A program made the position numbers and the translations under genes. This document shows positions 16,227 through 26,467 of a stretch of 64,000 nucleotides of DNA, piece by piece. Each line of letters opens with the position of its first letter. Within the stretch, counting starts at the first letter, position 1. Under the pieces are notes generated by a model that worked only from the letters and a program-made list of their open reading frames with translations, searched no databases and was not told the origin of the DNA. The DNA lies in contig CBDUST010000001.1 in the NCBI GenBank assembly GCA_965369945.1, forward strand, positions 15,201-79,200. The letters are read 5' to 3'. The stretch is from an uncultured bacterium (lineage in GTDB: Bacteria; Planctomycetota; Phycisphaerae; Phycisphaerales; SM1A02).

Positions 16227-17897
16227 TCACTCGCCGGTCGTCGTATGCGCGGAGGTGTGCTTGGGCTCGGTATCTTGGAGGATGGCATAGCCGACGTGGG
16301 TGAGGCAACTGTTGATGCGCTTAAGGTGTGTGAGCAAATCAAGGTGAATCGCACTGGTCTCATAGGCCTCAGTGAGTCCGGCATTGAGCCGCGCAAAGTG
16401 CCGATCGCGAAGCTCGTGTTCGTACTGGTTGATCCGCTCCTTGTGGCGAAGCAGTTGTTGAGCGAGCTGACGATCGCGCGTGGGAAAGGCGTTCTCCGCG
16501 ATGTGGAAGTTCTCGCGCACCTTGTTGTAGAAATCTTCGAGTTCTTTCTTGCCATCTTCCGAGAACGTCGCCCCGAGACGAATCTTCTTGAGAATCAGTT
16601 CGCTGATGTTCTTGTCGATGATGTCGCCGATGGTTTCCAACTCACTGAGGTATCGCAATTGGCGCATCTGCTCGATAGCGTCGTACTGCTCAGCTTCATC
16701 ACGCGCAAGGCGAGTGAGGAACCGTTTTATTTCCGTATCGAGCAAATCGACTTGATCGTCGCGTTCGCTGACTTGCCGGATGAGCTGTTCGTTATTGGTC
16801 TTGAAAGCGATCCAGGCGTCAGTGAGCATTGCACTGACGATCTCGGACATGTGCATGATCTCTCGAAGCGACTGGCCCATTGCCAACGCGACCCCACCGA
16901 TCGGACCACCGGTGATGTACCGCGGCCCGAACGCCCCATTCTTGCCCGGGGCTGTTGTGGGTACGAGATAGGCAAACAGGGATGAGGTCAACGCGACCGT
17001 GGGCAGACCGATGATCGCGACGGCGATGTTGAAGCCCGTATGTAAACCGGCAATCGCCAAAGGGAGGATGTCGGCGGTCGGTTGCGGAAGCGCGTCCCCC
17101 ACAAGTTCAAGCGCCGTCAAGACCACGGCGGCGACGATCAATTTCAGCATGAGGTTCGCCAGTGCAAGCCTTCGAGATTCGACCAGCCGCCAACCCAGAA
17201 TCAGCGTGGTTATCGCAAGTCCGACGTTCGCGCCGAGAACAACTGGTGCGGCCATTCTAAAGCTGACAGCGTTGGCGGCGCTGAGTCCAATGAGCAAGCC
17301 AATGGTGGCTGTGCTTGATTGCAACAGCAAGGCAAGTAGCGCGGCGAAGCAGGCTAGGAGCAAGGCATATTGTTCGAGTTGGTCGAAGTTGATGATTGCG
17401 CTCAGGCCGGATTCCGGGTCAACCGAGCCCGCTGATGCAGCTTCGGTCATGATGCGTATGCCGAGGAATATGAACCCCAGCGCCAAGAGAACCTGGCCGA
17501 TGCCCCGACTTCTCGGTCCTTGTGTGAATTGAAACAGCGCAACACCCAACAGGATGAGGATCGGCGCGGCGTGCTCGAGTCGAAGCGCAATGAGCAGGAC
17601 CATCACGGTGAGCCCGATGTTCGCCCCGAGCACGCTTCCGAGCATTTGCTTGGCCGTCATGTGACCGGCTCGCACTGTCTGCACCGCAAGCAGTGATATT
17701 GTTGTGCTCGATGGAGCGACGAGCGAGACCGCCAATCCTGCCACGAACGTCCACCCGCGCTTCGAGGCGAGGCGCTGCATCCACGTGCCCAGCCGCTCGC
17801 CGAAGAGTCGATCGAGCCCTTTGCGCAGATAGCGCACGCCGAACACGAGCAGCGCGACGCCGCCGAAGATGCTGAGAATGTTGAACAAGTCCGCCAT
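16227..17897 (-). CDS. Na/Pi cotransporter family protein with C-terminal PhoU-like repeats
   Basis: The N-terminal half is polytopic (LVFGVRYLRKGLDRLFGERL...SSTTISLL). The C-terminal half is helical with duplicated PhoU-like segments. Confidence 0.85.
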   Translation of the reverse strand: MADLFNILSIFGGVALLVFGVRYLRKGLDRLFGERLGTWMQRLASKRGWTFVAGLAVSLVAPSSTTISLLAVQTVRAGHMTAKQMLGSVLGANIGLTVMVLLIALRLEHAAPILILLGVALFQFTQGPRSRGIGQVLLALGFIFLGIRIMTEAASAGSVDPESGLSAIINFDQLEQYALLLACFAALLALLLQSSTATIGLLIGLSAANAVSFRMAAPVVLGANVGLAITTLILGWRLVESRRLALANLMLKLIVAAVVLTALELVGDALPQPTADILPLAIAGLHTGFNIAVAIIGLPTVALTSSLFAYLVPTTAPGKNGAFGPRYITGGPIGGVALAMGQSLREIMHMSEIVSAMLTDAWIAFKTNNEQLIRQVSERDDQVDLLDTEIKRFLTRLARDEAEQYDAIEQMRQLRYLSELETIGDIIDKNISELILKKIRLGATFSEDGKKELEDFYNKVRENFHIAENAFPTRDRQLAQQLLRHKERINQYEHELRDRHFARLNAGLTEAYETSAIHLDLLTHLKRINSCLTHVGYAILQDTEPKHTSAHTTTGE

Positions 17898-17977
17898 CGA
17901 CTGTTTCTACGTCGGCTGTCGGCGCGGTTGGCTGGGGACTATTGGGCGATTTTCATGTTGAGAAATGGTGGGTTTGG

Positions 17978-19123
17978 TCAATCGGGGTCCTCAGGCATGA
18001 CTCGGGCGATGAAGGCGATGTCCGTGCTGCCGGAGTCGGAGCGGAACAGCACCATCGCATAGAGCATGCCCTCGAAGCCACGGTGCGGCGTGAAGCGGAC
18101 GCGGCAGGTCGTGATATCGTCGTCCTTGCGCTTGGTTGAGACCAATTCGGCGTCGGCGGCTGACGATCTGGACTGAGCTGCATAGATGCGCACGTTCTTC
18201 TTGTTGACGATGTCGACGTCGACCTCAATAGGAACACCGGCTCGTAGTGCGCCCAACTGGGCGATTTTCTCCTTGGAATACCATCCCCGCCGTTTCCGAT
18301 CAGGATCAGAGCGGCTGCCCGAACATTCGTGGCGCACGCGCATGGGCAGGATCGGACAGTCGGGATGATCAGTTTCGATCGCCCACCACAGGCGCATACC
18401 TTGACAATTCCCGATGGCGCGCGGTGGAATCGTCCATTGCACGTCATACTTGTTTCGCGGATCGTCGCTTCGAGGATCAAATCCGTCCACGTAGACCGGC
18501 GGTTCGCCGTCCGTCGAGATGATCCGAAACGGCCGGCCGTCAACGGATTCGATGCGAGTTCGTCCGGTGGTTACGCCTTTCTGCGCACCGACATAAGGAG
18601 GATCGGCGCGGACGGGCATGGTGATCATGCCGTCGAGTTGGATCAGTGCGTGAAGTTGCCGACCGGCGTCGTTGAAAAACAGACGGAGCCTGGCGGTCTT
18701 CGGCCCGGGTGTGATCGGTGCATTGAACGTGGCGTGGAACGGGATCGATCCACCGGCCGGAACGATCGTGCCGGCCACATCTTGTGGTGCGGTGCAGGAA
18801 CAGTCGGGCTTGGCCACGACGAGCTCGATGGGGCGAGAGCTGAGATTGCGCAACACCGTTGTGAATTCGTGCGTGGAGTTTGGCGGGATCATGCCATAGT
18901 CAAGCCCACCCGGCTCGATGCGAAGCGAGCCGACGGTTACCGGGGCTCTGGGGATCGGATCCGAAGGCGTGATCGTGGCTAGTGGTGCGATGGGGACCGG
19001 TGCCGGCCTCGCAGGCTGGTTGGTCGCTGTTTGCGCCGCTGACTGGTTCGATCCGTTGTCGCAGCCAATGAGCGCAAAGGTCAGCAACGTCGCCGAGACT
19101 CGAAGACTGTGTGCGCAGTTCAT
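17978..19123 (-). CDS. DUF1573-like lipoprotein
   Basis: The lipobox is LIG-C (SATLLTFALIGCDNG). The DUF1573-type segment reads YGMIPPNSTHEFTTVLRNLSSRPIELVVAKPDCSCTAP. The start overlaps the upstream stop (ATGA). Confidence 0.75.
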   Translation of the reverse strand: MNCAHSLRVSATLLTFALIGCDNGSNQSAAQTATNQPARPAPVPIAPLATITPSDPIPRAPVTVGSLRIEPGGLDYGMIPPNSTHEFTTVLRNLSSRPIELVVAKPDCSCTAPQDVAGTIVPAGGSIPFHATFNAPITPGPKTARLRLFFNDAGRQLHALIQLDGMITMPVRADPPYVGAQKGVTTGRTRIESVDGRPFRIISTDGEPPVYVDGFDPRSDDPRNKYDVQWTIPPRAIGNCQGMRLWWAIETDHPDCPILPMRVRHECSGSRSDPDRKRRGWYSKEKIAQLGALRAGVPIEVDVDIVNKKNVRIYAAQSRSSAADAELVSTKRKDDDITTCRVRFTPHRGFEGMLYAMVLFRSDSGSTDIAFIARVMPEDPD

Positions 19124-19509
19124 GGGAGTGGCTCGGATTCAATGTTGGCGGACTCGCCGGACAGTTTCTTCGTGAGGTATTTCTTGACCCAAGTCTCGAA
19201 CGACTTTCCAGCGGCAGGATCCTTGTTACTGAACTGGACTTTTGCGATGTCATCGAACTGAATCGACACGCGTTCGGAGCCGTCTTTGGGGATCAATCGC
19301 ACCGTCGATTGGTGGGTGTTCGAGCTGCAAGTGCAATCGAAGACATACCCTTGGATCGATTGGCCGGTCGATCGGCGGATGATTGTTACGTTGCCCCGGT
19401 AGTCGACCGCTGCCTTGAGAGCGCGTCGAAGGGCCTCGGCGTCCGAGTCGTCAACGATGGTTCCTGCGGCGGAAGTGGCGTCGGGCGAGATGGTGGTTTC
19501 GTCTGACAT
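19120..19509 (-). CDS. hypothetical protein, 129 aa
   Basis: The ORF has protein-like composition and is translationally coupled (ATGA overlap at 19120-19123) to the DUF1573 gene. No family was recognised. Confidence 0.6.
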   Translation of the reverse strand: MSDETTISPDATSAAGTIVDDSDAEALRRALKAAVDYRGNVTIIRRSTGQSIQGYVFDCTCSSNTHQSTVRLIPKDGSERVSIQFDDIAKVQFSNKDPAAGKSFETWVKKYLTKKLSGESANIESEPLP

Positions 19510-19585
19510 GTTTCACGGGGGTTCAGTTGGGTAGATCGGCACGGATTCTATCCCTATTGAGGGGCGAGCCGCTACGGGAGGCGGA

Positions 19586-20056
19586 TCAGCGCAGAACGTC
19601 GCGCGCCAGAGCCTTGCTCAGAAGCTGCCGGGCAAGTTCGTAGATCTGCGAATCGGTGCTTGCCCGAGGTCCAGCCACGTTGAGGGTCCTGACCATACGC
19701 TCGTTGAGCCACGCTCGGGCAGTCTCGGCTGAGGTCGCCTCGGTGGGGTCGATGACAAGGCAGGGCTTTTCCAGGGAGCGGGCGACGCGCTGTGTTAGAG
19801 CGGCGCCGCCGGTGAGCTTGCCTTGTGCGATGATGAGCGTTGCGTCGGAATCGCGCACATTCCATTCGGTGCGTTGGGCAGGATCAGCCAAGGGGGTTTC
19901 TATGAGCGGGTATTGATCGGGGATCGGACCCTGCTCACTGGCTCGGCCTTTGGGACACCAACCGCCGCAGGTGATTCCCAGCTCGATGGCCGCGTCCAGC
20001 GCCGCCCGATCAGCACCGGTCTGTCCGCCCGAGATGATCTTGCGAATGGCGGTCAT
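19586..20056 (-). CDS. SLOG-fold protein of the putative molybdenum-carrier (YpsA-related) type
   Basis: The motif pattern is IISGGQTGADRAALDAAIELGITCGGWCPKGRASEQG...NVRDSDATLII. Confidence 0.75.
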   Translation of the reverse strand: MTAIRKIISGGQTGADRAALDAAIELGITCGGWCPKGRASEQGPIPDQYPLIETPLADPAQRTEWNVRDSDATLIIAQGKLTGGAALTQRVARSLEKPCLVIDPTEATSAETARAWLNERMVRTLNVAGPRASTDSQIYELARQLLSKALARDVLR

Positions 20057-20323
20057 TGTTGGAGTCGGCGGTACGGTGAGGCGGTCGCATAGGCTCGGCC
20101 TGACGATTCTCTTTGCTAGTCGTCAGGGGCGCTCTCGTCAGGTCCGGGCAACTTCGCCCGCCATTCGGCGGCCTTGGTCGGGGTGTCCCAAACGTGGTCG
20201 AGGTTGATGAGCGGGTTCATTTGGACTCATCTTCCAACGCGGCCTCGTACTTGGCGAGGGCGGCTTCGTAGTCGTCGTGGCAGAGGAGCATCGGACGCTG
20301 GACTTTCAGTAGACCTGGGACTG

Positions 20324-22846
20324 CTATTTCTGAATCTCCCGTGAAGCGCGCACGCCGATATCGAACTGGAAGAACACGGATGCGTTCGCGAACCGGTATG
20401 AAGATCGTGCCCTCCAAGCGGGGTGGTAGAAGGATCCGCCGCGGAGATAGGCGTTCGAGCTTGCCTCTCCCCTTACCCCAGGCACCGCTCGACACAATTC
20501 CTCGACGTTGCCGTGCATGTCAAACAACCCGAAGCCGTTCGCCTGAAAGCTGCCGACCGGCGCTGTTTCGGCAAAGCCGTCGTCAAAGCTCTCTCCAGTC
20601 CCCCAAACTTCGCGATAGGGCGCCGCGGCCTTGTCCAGGACATTCGCGTAGCCCTCGAGAGATTCAGGTTCGTCCCCGGTGAACCAAGACGTCGTCGTTC
20701 CCGCCCGGGCGGCGTACTCCCACTGGCCCTGGGTCGGTACGACGAGACTGTGCTCGGCCAGCAGCTCCTTGCACATCGTAAAGCTGACCTGCTGGACCGG
20801 ATGCGCCAGAGTGAACATCTCGCCAAAATGGTCCTGTCCAGGCGTACCGTAGCTTGGGCTGGCACGCCCAGACAGCCGCTCCCACTGCCCCACCGTCAGC
20901 TCGTGCCTGGCCAGGAAATACGGTCCGAGATCTTGCTCCTGCAGGTGCGTGCCCCAACCCGGAAAATACCCCGGCCGGAACCTCCCGCCCGGGATCAACA
21001 CGAAGACGATGCCAGTCTCTTCTGTCACTTCGATCGATCCATCCTCGTGGTGTTCCGGAATCGGGATTTCCGCCGGATCCATGCCGGAGGACGGATCCCA
21101 CGCCGAGCGCAGGTGGTAGAACTCCCAGAGCTCGGTCACGGGGTTCATGCCAATCGGAACGAGGCCAAACTGCGGCCGGAGATCAATCGGAGAGTCGGCG
21201 TAGAGCTCGCTTGCGACGATCCCATCGGCTTTCCGGATAGCCAAGCGGGCCTTTTTCCATGTGTCCGCATGGGCCGTGCTCGAGATGTCGCGCACAACCT
21301 TCGCCCAGATTAGCGCTGCATTGACTTTGGCAAGGATCCCATTTTCCGAGTCAAGGAATGCACGGAGCTCTTCTACCTGGGTTTGCAATACGTCGCTGAG
21401 GAATCGTTCCGCATCGGTCAGTCCCCTGGTCCGAGCTCGGAAGTCACCAAGACCCTGCTCCAGCCTGGACAACTCTGGGATCAGGGGTTCGGCCTCCTCC
21501 CTGATCCAATCCTCCATCACCTGGACTTTCTCCGGCCAAGCGGGATAGAAGAGTGCCTCTCTCTCCTCGGCTTGGCGCAGCCTCTCGCCAATTGCCACCA
21601 GGTCGAACTTCTCCAGGTTGGCCTGTGCCTGGACCATGAAGAACGTCGTGCCGGCCATGCCGACCAGCAGTGTGGCGAATACGCCGACTGCCGCTATCAC
21701 CTGACCGCGATTGCGCCGAATGAACTTGCTCGCGCGGTACGCCGCGCTGGGTGGTCCGGCCAGGACTGGCTCGTGGCTGAGGTGGCGCCGGATATCTGCC
21801 GCGAGACCGTTGGCCGTCTCATACCGGTGCTGGCGGTCCTTCTCCATCGCCTTCATCACGATCCAGTCCAGTTCGCCGCGAAGTTGGCGGACCAGCGTTC
21901 GCGGCTCGGCGCGGCGATGCTGGGCGATGTCGGCAACGGAGGACTTTCCGTCACCCCCACCCCCAACCCCAACCCCTCTCCCGGGGGGAGAGGGGCGTAT
22001 GTCGCCCATGCTGCTCAATCGCGTGCTCGGCTTCTGGGGCTCCTCGTCACGAATGATCCTCTGAATGTCAGCCAGCGCCGCCTTGCGCAGCGTCCTCGGA
22101 TCGAACGGCAGCGCGCCGGTCAGAAGTTCATAGAGCAGCACGCCCAGAGAGTAAATATCACTGCGGGTGTCGATATCCTGGGCCGTCATCTCCGCCTGCT
22201 CGGGGCTCATGTACTCCGGCGTGCCGATGAGCTGGCCTTGCTCCGTAAAGAGCGTTTTCTCCGTGAGCTTCTGGTGCAGTGCCTTGGCCACGCCGAAGTC
22301 GATCACCTTCGGCACGGCGCTGCCTTCCTTCGCCGACACGAGAACGTTGCTCGGCTTGAGGTCGCGGTGGATGATGCCTTTTTGATGCGCGTGCTGTACA
22401 GCGTCGCAGACCTGTGTGAACAGAGCTAGGCGCTGCTCGATGTTCAGTCGCTGGCGATCGCAGTGTTCGGTGATGGGGACGCCCGGAACGTGCTCCATGA
22501 CGAAGTACGACCGGCCATCATCGGTCACACCCGCGTCGAAGACCTTGGCCACGCTGGGGTGATCCATCATGGCCAGGGCTTGGCGTTCGGCTTCGAAGCG
22601 GGCGATGACTTGCTTCGTATCCATGCCGAGCTTGATCACCTTCAGCGCGACACGCCGGCGCACGGGCTCGGTCTGCTCGGCCAGATACACGACGGCGAAG
22701 CCGCCCTTACCGAGAACTTCCCGGATGGTGTAGTGCCCGACTCTTGAGCCCGGGGTGATCTGTCCTGCCGCACTTTGGCCATGGAGCACGGTAGCTGCGT
22801 CATCGGCACTCGGGTTCTTGTGGATCGTGGGTTCTTTTTCCTCCAT
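20324..22846 (-). CDS. membrane Ser/Thr protein kinase with an extracytoplasmic FGE/SUMF1-type domain
   Basis: Kinase motifs are [17 protein letters not shown] and [10 protein letters not shown]. The TM segment is [23 protein letters not shown]. The C-terminal FGE-type motifs are [13 protein letters not shown] and [17 protein letters not shown]. Confidence 0.9.
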   Translation of the reverse strand: MEEKEPTIHKNPSADDAATVLHGQSAAGQITPGSRVGHYTIREVLGKGGFAVVYLAEQTEPVRRRVALKVIKLGMDTKQVIARFEAERQALAMMDHPSVAKVFDAGVTDDGRSYFVMEHVPGVPITEHCDRQRLNIEQRLALFTQVCDAVQHAHQKGIIHRDLKPSNVLVSAKEGSAVPKVIDFGVAKALHQKLTEKTLFTEQGQLIGTPEYMSPEQAEMTAQDIDTRSDIYSLGVLLYELLTGALPFDPRTLRKAALADIQRIIRDEEPQKPSTRLSSMGDIRPSPPGRGVGVGGGGDGKSSVADIAQHRRAEPRTLVRQLRGELDWIVMKAMEKDRQHRYETANGLAADIRRHLSHEPVLAGPPSAAYRASKFIRRNRGQVIAAVGVFATLLVGMAGTTFFMVQAQANLEKFDLVAIGERLRQAEEREALFYPAWPEKVQVMEDWIREEAEPLIPELSRLEQGLGDFRARTRGLTDAERFLSDVLQTQVEELRAFLDSENGILAKVNAALIWAKVVRDISSTAHADTWKKARLAIRKADGIVASELYADSPIDLRPQFGLVPIGMNPVTELWEFYHLRSAWDPSSGMDPAEIPIPEHHEDGSIEVTEETGIVFVLIPGGRFRPGYFPGWGTHLQEQDLGPYFLARHELTVGQWERLSGRASPSYGTPGQDHFGEMFTLAHPVQQVSFTMCKELLAEHSLVVPTQGQWEYAARAGTTTSWFTGDEPESLEGYANVLDKAAAPYREVWGTGESFDDGFAETAPVGSFQANGFGLFDMHGNVEELCRAVPGVRGEASSNAYLRGGSFYHPAWRARSSYRFANASVFFQFDIGVRASREIQK
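21952..21997. repeat. palindromic GC-rich element, copy B, lying in frame inside the kinase CDS
   Basis: CACCCCCACCCCCAACCCCAACCCCTCTCCCGGGGGGAGAGGGGCG is translated on the minus strand as [18 protein letters not shown]. Confidence 0.9.
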
Positions 22847-23017
22847 CGCTACGTCCTTCCTTATGCAATATTCTCCTTATTGCATGGTACCGAATCCGCA
22901 CGAGTCTTTGTATGACATTGCTCGACAACCGCCGCCACAGCGTTTGGGGCCGTGCGTTGGGGAACCTATGGGTGAGGGAAGCGCTCGTGCCACCGGGCTT
23001 GACGAACTGATACTTTC

Positions 23018-23392
23018 TTAGCTGGTCGGCGCGTTCAGTTCACGGCCGGTGTTGGGATCGAGCACGCGCCAATTGAATTTCTTGATGAGCTTCATGAGCA
23101 CTTGCCAGCCGATCTCTTCTTCGGTGAGGGTCAGGAGCATCTGCGTGATGGGGTCTTGCCCGGGGGTCAGTTCAATGCGGAAGCCGGGCCCGTAGAGGAC
23201 GTCGTCGTCCTCGCGTTCCGGCCCGGTGTTGCAATCGAACAGATCGCTCATGATTTTGCGCCGCGGGCCGATGGGCGCCATTACTCCCTCGCTGTCAGGT
23301 TCCTGGCTGGAGAGGACGACGAATTGTCGGCCGGACGTGGTTTGATCCATGAGTGATTCGGTTTCGGGCATTAGGGTCGAAGCCAATTGCAT
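23018..23392 (-). CDS. hypothetical protein, 124 aa or slightly shorter
   Basis: The ORF has protein-like composition and no recognisable family. Alternative ATGs lie at codons 8 and 15. Confidence 0.55.
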   Translation of the reverse strand: MQLASTLMPETESLMDQTTSGRQFVVLSSQEPDSEGVMAPIGPRRKIMSDLFDCNTGPEREDDDVLYGPGFRIELTPGQDPITQMLLTLTEEEIGWQVLMKLIKKFNWRVLDPNTGRELNAPTS

Positions 23393-23440
23393 GCGGCCGC
23401 CGCACGTTGGCGCCGCTCAGCTTGCGGGAAGTTAGTCAGT

Positions 23441-23854
23441 CTACGCCTCGATCGCTTTGGAATGTTCGTCTGCATCTTGTTCGAGCAGTTGAACCACTTT
23501 GTCTACCAGCCTTATCAAGGGTACCGGCTTGACCATGTATGCGTCCACGCCGAGTGATTCAGCGTAGGCCATGTGACGTTTACCCTGATTGGCAGTGACC
23601 ATGATGATGATTGGTGGGTCCGCTTCGGCCTTGAGCCTCTCCAACACCAGGAAGCCGGAGCGCTTTGGAAGCATCATGTCCAGCACGATGGCATCGGGGT
23701 CTCCGTCATGGCAGGCGTGGAGGGCAGCGTCTCCGTCGGTGACGGTGTACGTCGTCGCACCCTCAGCACGCATCGCCAGTTCGATGCTACTGAGGATGTC
23801 CCGATCATCATCGACGATCAGGACTTTCTTGCCTTCCAAGCGTGAAGTATTCAT
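23441..23854 (-). CDS. stand-alone response regulator receiver (CheY-like)
   Basis: Receiver motifs are KVLIVDDD, the phospho-acceptor context DAIVLDMMLP, MVTA, and the conserved Lys in AYMVKP. The start at the ATG at 23854 avoids overlap with the upstream gene. Confidence 0.85.
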   Translation of the reverse strand: MNTSRLEGKKVLIVDDDRDILSSIELAMRAEGATTYTVTDGDAALHACHDGDPDAIVLDMMLPKRSGFLVLERLKAEADPPIIIMVTANQGKRHMAYAESLGVDAYMVKPVPLIRLVDKVVQLLEQDADEHSKAIEA

Positions 23855-23924
23855 GGCACGGTCAGGGTGCAGTCCGATGGTGGGGCACAATCGTAGCCTC
23901 GCCAACGCGGCGGCGGCGTTATGT

Positions 23925-24953
23925 TTACTCGCGGCGGGCCGGTTCGTTGGATCGATCAATGATCAGGTCTACCTCGTCATCGTTCAGCCAGGGCAGTGAC
24001 CGCAGCTTGGTCACCAGTCGTGGCGGGACTGATCGGCCCAGGCGTTCATGCCGAGGCCGACTTTTCCAGCGGCGGTGGACCCACAAATATTGTTCGGGCG
24101 CGGTTCGGATCATCTGTTCCATCGCGTGATTGAGGCGAGCAGTGATATAGAAAAGCGGGTCGTCGTGATCCGCCCAATCGTCGGGGGTGATGAAATCAGC
24201 GCATGACAGCTCGTACTGGAAGCGGCCGTCTAGGCGTCGGGCGACTCCAGCTATGATCGGGATGTTGTAGCGCATCGCCAGCAGGCCAATCGACTTGTAG
24301 CTCGACGCCAATCGTCCGAAGAAGGGAACGAACAATCCTTGGTCGCCGGCGTTCTGATCGGCGATGAAGGCCACCCATCCGCCGGAGCTCAGGATGTCCT
24401 GAAGGACCGGCGTGGCGCCCCATTTGGTGATGATGCGCATGCCTCGCTCCTCACGGATGCCCATCACCCAGCGGTTCAGCAACGGGTTATCCAGCGGCCG
24501 AGCCAGCGCGTGCAGTGGGTAGCCCATCACAGCGAGGCTGTATCCCAGTAGCTCCCAATTGCCGCAGTGTCCGGTGACGAAGATGGCCGGCTGACCTTTC
24601 ACGAGTCGCTCCAGAGTGCGTGGCAGTTCGCCGATGCGCACATAGCGCGGCCACGAGGACTCGGTGATGCAGCGAGGCGTAACCATCGCATCAACCATAA
24701 ACAATTGAAACATGTGCTGGATCGATCGCTCGGCCACGGTCTTGATGCGCGCCGTCGACCAATCAGGGAAGCTCAGCGCAATGTTGTTCTGCGCTCGCCG
24801 GCGGTGTTGATGACTGAGTTTGTAGAAGAGCGATCCCATGCCGGCGGCGGATTGTAGATTCTGATCGATGTCAAAACAGTGCGTGAACCCTGCGAAGGCG
24901 CGAAGGGCCAAGTACTGACTCCAGTTGACCAACGCTGACTGGTTTGCAGCCAC
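23925..24953 (-). CDS. LpxL/HtrB-family lipid A (lyso)acyltransferase
   Basis: The catalytic-region motif FVTGHCGNWELLG is present. The start is a GTG with GAGGAAG upstream. Confidence 0.8.
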   Translation of the reverse strand: MAANQSALVNWSQYLALRAFAGFTHCFDIDQNLQSAAGMGSLFYKLSHQHRRRAQNNIALSFPDWSTARIKTVAERSIQHMFQLFMVDAMVTPRCITESSWPRYVRIGELPRTLERLVKGQPAIFVTGHCGNWELLGYSLAVMGYPLHALARPLDNPLLNRWVMGIREERGMRIITKWGATPVLQDILSSGGWVAFIADQNAGDQGLFVPFFGRLASSYKSIGLLAMRYNIPIIAGVARRLDGRFQYELSCADFITPDDWADHDDPLFYITARLNHAMEQMIRTAPEQYLWVHRRWKSRPRHERLGRSVPPRLVTKLRSLPWLNDDEVDLIIDRSNEPARRE

Positions 24954-25015
24954 GGCAAGGCTTCCTCAGGATCCCCGGAGGGCGATCATATCGTCCCAAA
25001 GCTACTACCAAAGGG

Positions 25016-25043
25016 AAAAAAGCCCCGCAGTGGTATGCGAGGC
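25016..25043 (-). terminator. rho-independent terminator
   Basis: On the minus strand the stem GCCUCGC...GCGGGGC (7 bp, one G-U pair) is followed by UUUUUU. It lies 40 nt after the stop of the 25082-26467 gene. Confidence 0.7.
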
Positions 25044-25081
25044 TTGGGAAGATGCTGGTCTGACAATCGGACCTGCTCCGG

Positions 25082-26467
25082 TTACCGAATCGTATGTCCG
25101 ATCAGAATAAAGAAGCGATTGGAGTTGAGCACGGGGATCTGAGCATCCATCGCCTGCTTCATCAACTCGTTGTATTTTTCGTAGGCATTGCGCTTATCGA
25201 CCCAAATCTCGGTCTGACGGTCGGTGGCTTGATTGGCGAGCGGTCCAGGAATCGGCGGTTGCGCCCCAAGCACCAGGAAATCCAGATCGCCCGGCAATTC
25301 ATCGCCGGTCACAACCGCACCGCCCCATTTGATGACGCGCCTGCGAAGATGTTCAGCTTCTGCCGCTGAAGGTTTGCCGTCACCATCCACGTCGAACAGA
25401 CCGTGAATCAGGAACTTGAACACGTAGTTGGGGTCGTAGACGGCGTTAGCAATGACATCGTCGCGGATGACCGGTCGGCCTGGCACGGCCCGGACGATCT
25501 TACACGTCGACGTTGACGCTGCGACGTTCGTTACCTGAAGACTCGCCTTGCCGCGCGACATTCGGCCGGTGACTGGATCAACCTGGATCGACGTAGCGCT
25601 GTCATACACCTCGAAGGTCATGCCCAGCACAATGTGCTGTTTCTTGCCGCGGTCGATGAATACGGCATCGGCGCTTCCGGCTTGATCGATGATGTGGCCG
25701 TCAACGAGCAGCGCAGGATTGCCGCCGCTGGGTCGACTGCGAGCGATGATCGCCCGCAAGTCGCCGACGCGATCTTTGAGGCGAATATTCTCCTCATTGA
25801 GCCGATCGCCTTGATTTTGCAGATCAGCGATCTCGCCCTGGTATCGGTCGTCCAGACGATCGATAGCGGAGTTGTACTCACGCTCCGCCTCATCAAGCCG
25901 ATCGCGGTTGACGAGGGCTTCTTGGCGATATCCGTTGACTTCGGTATTGATGCCCTCGACCTCGGCGCGGCGGTCTTCCTCGAGTTGGCGCATGGAAGCC
26001 TGGAGGTCGTCGATCTCATTTTGGCGATCATTGAGCTTGGTTTGGAGCCCGTCGATCTCCTGCTGCTTGGTCCGCTGGTCCCGCGAAAGATCCTGCAGGA
26101 CGTTTCGAACGATCGTTCCCTCGCCAGCGCCGAAGCTCCCTATGCTGCTCTTGGCCGTATCAAGCGAGTCGCTTGCGTTGCCAGTGAGGTACTTCATCGT
26201 GTCACGCTGCTGATTCTGCAGCAACTGCGTGACCGATTGGCCGGCGGCAGGGTTGGCGCGACCTTCCAGGTCCTTGATCTCATCGCGGTTTCGCTGCTCG
26301 CGCGTCACATACTTGGCAAGGGTATTCTCAGCCTCGGCTTGGGTTTCGATGGCGTCTGACTTGCCGGCATAGAACACGATCGTCAAAACGAGTAGCGAGA
26401 TCGTCGAGAGCACGAATACGACCAGCGATACTACGACGCCGGTACCAGATTCTGTTCGTGCAGCCAT
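25082..26467 (-). CDS. membrane-anchored coiled-coil protein with a possible BRCT-like C-terminus
   Basis: GGGAGGTAAG lies upstream of the ATG. The N-terminal TM segment is VVVSLVVFVLSTISLLVLTIVFYA, followed by a long heptad-rich region. The C-terminal pattern GGAVVTGDELPGDLDFLVLG...IPVLNSNRFFILIG resembles BRCT. Confidence 0.7.
   Translation of the reverse strand: MAARTESGTGVVVSLVVFVLSTISLLVLTIVFYAGKSDAIETQAEAENTLAKYVTREQRNRDEIKDLEGRANPAAGQSVTQLLQNQQRDTMKYLTGNASDSLDTAKSSIGSFGAGEGTIVRNVLQDLSRDQRTKQQEIDGLQTKLNDRQNEIDDLQASMRQLEEDRRAEVEGINTEVNGYRQEALVNRDRLDEAEREYNSAIDRLDDRYQGEIADLQNQGDRLNEENIRLKDRVGDLRAIIARSRPSGGNPALLVDGHIIDQAGSADAVFIDRGKKQHIVLGMTFEVYDSATSIQVDPVTGRMSRGKASLQVTNVAASTSTCKIVRAVPGRPVIRDDVIANAVYDPNYVFKFLIHGLFDVDGDGKPSAAEAEHLRRRVIKWGGAVVTGDELPGDLDFLVLGAQPPIPGPLANQATDRQTEIWVDKRNAYEKYNELMKQAMDAQIPVLNSNRFFILIGHTIR

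Noticed and set aside
20137-20147. GTCAGGTCCGG, an 11-nt match to the conserved SRP (4.5S) RNA domain IV strand.
   Set aside because: The flanks do not form the required long hairpin, and there is no GGAA/GNRA apical loop or matching 3' strand (AGCAGCC).
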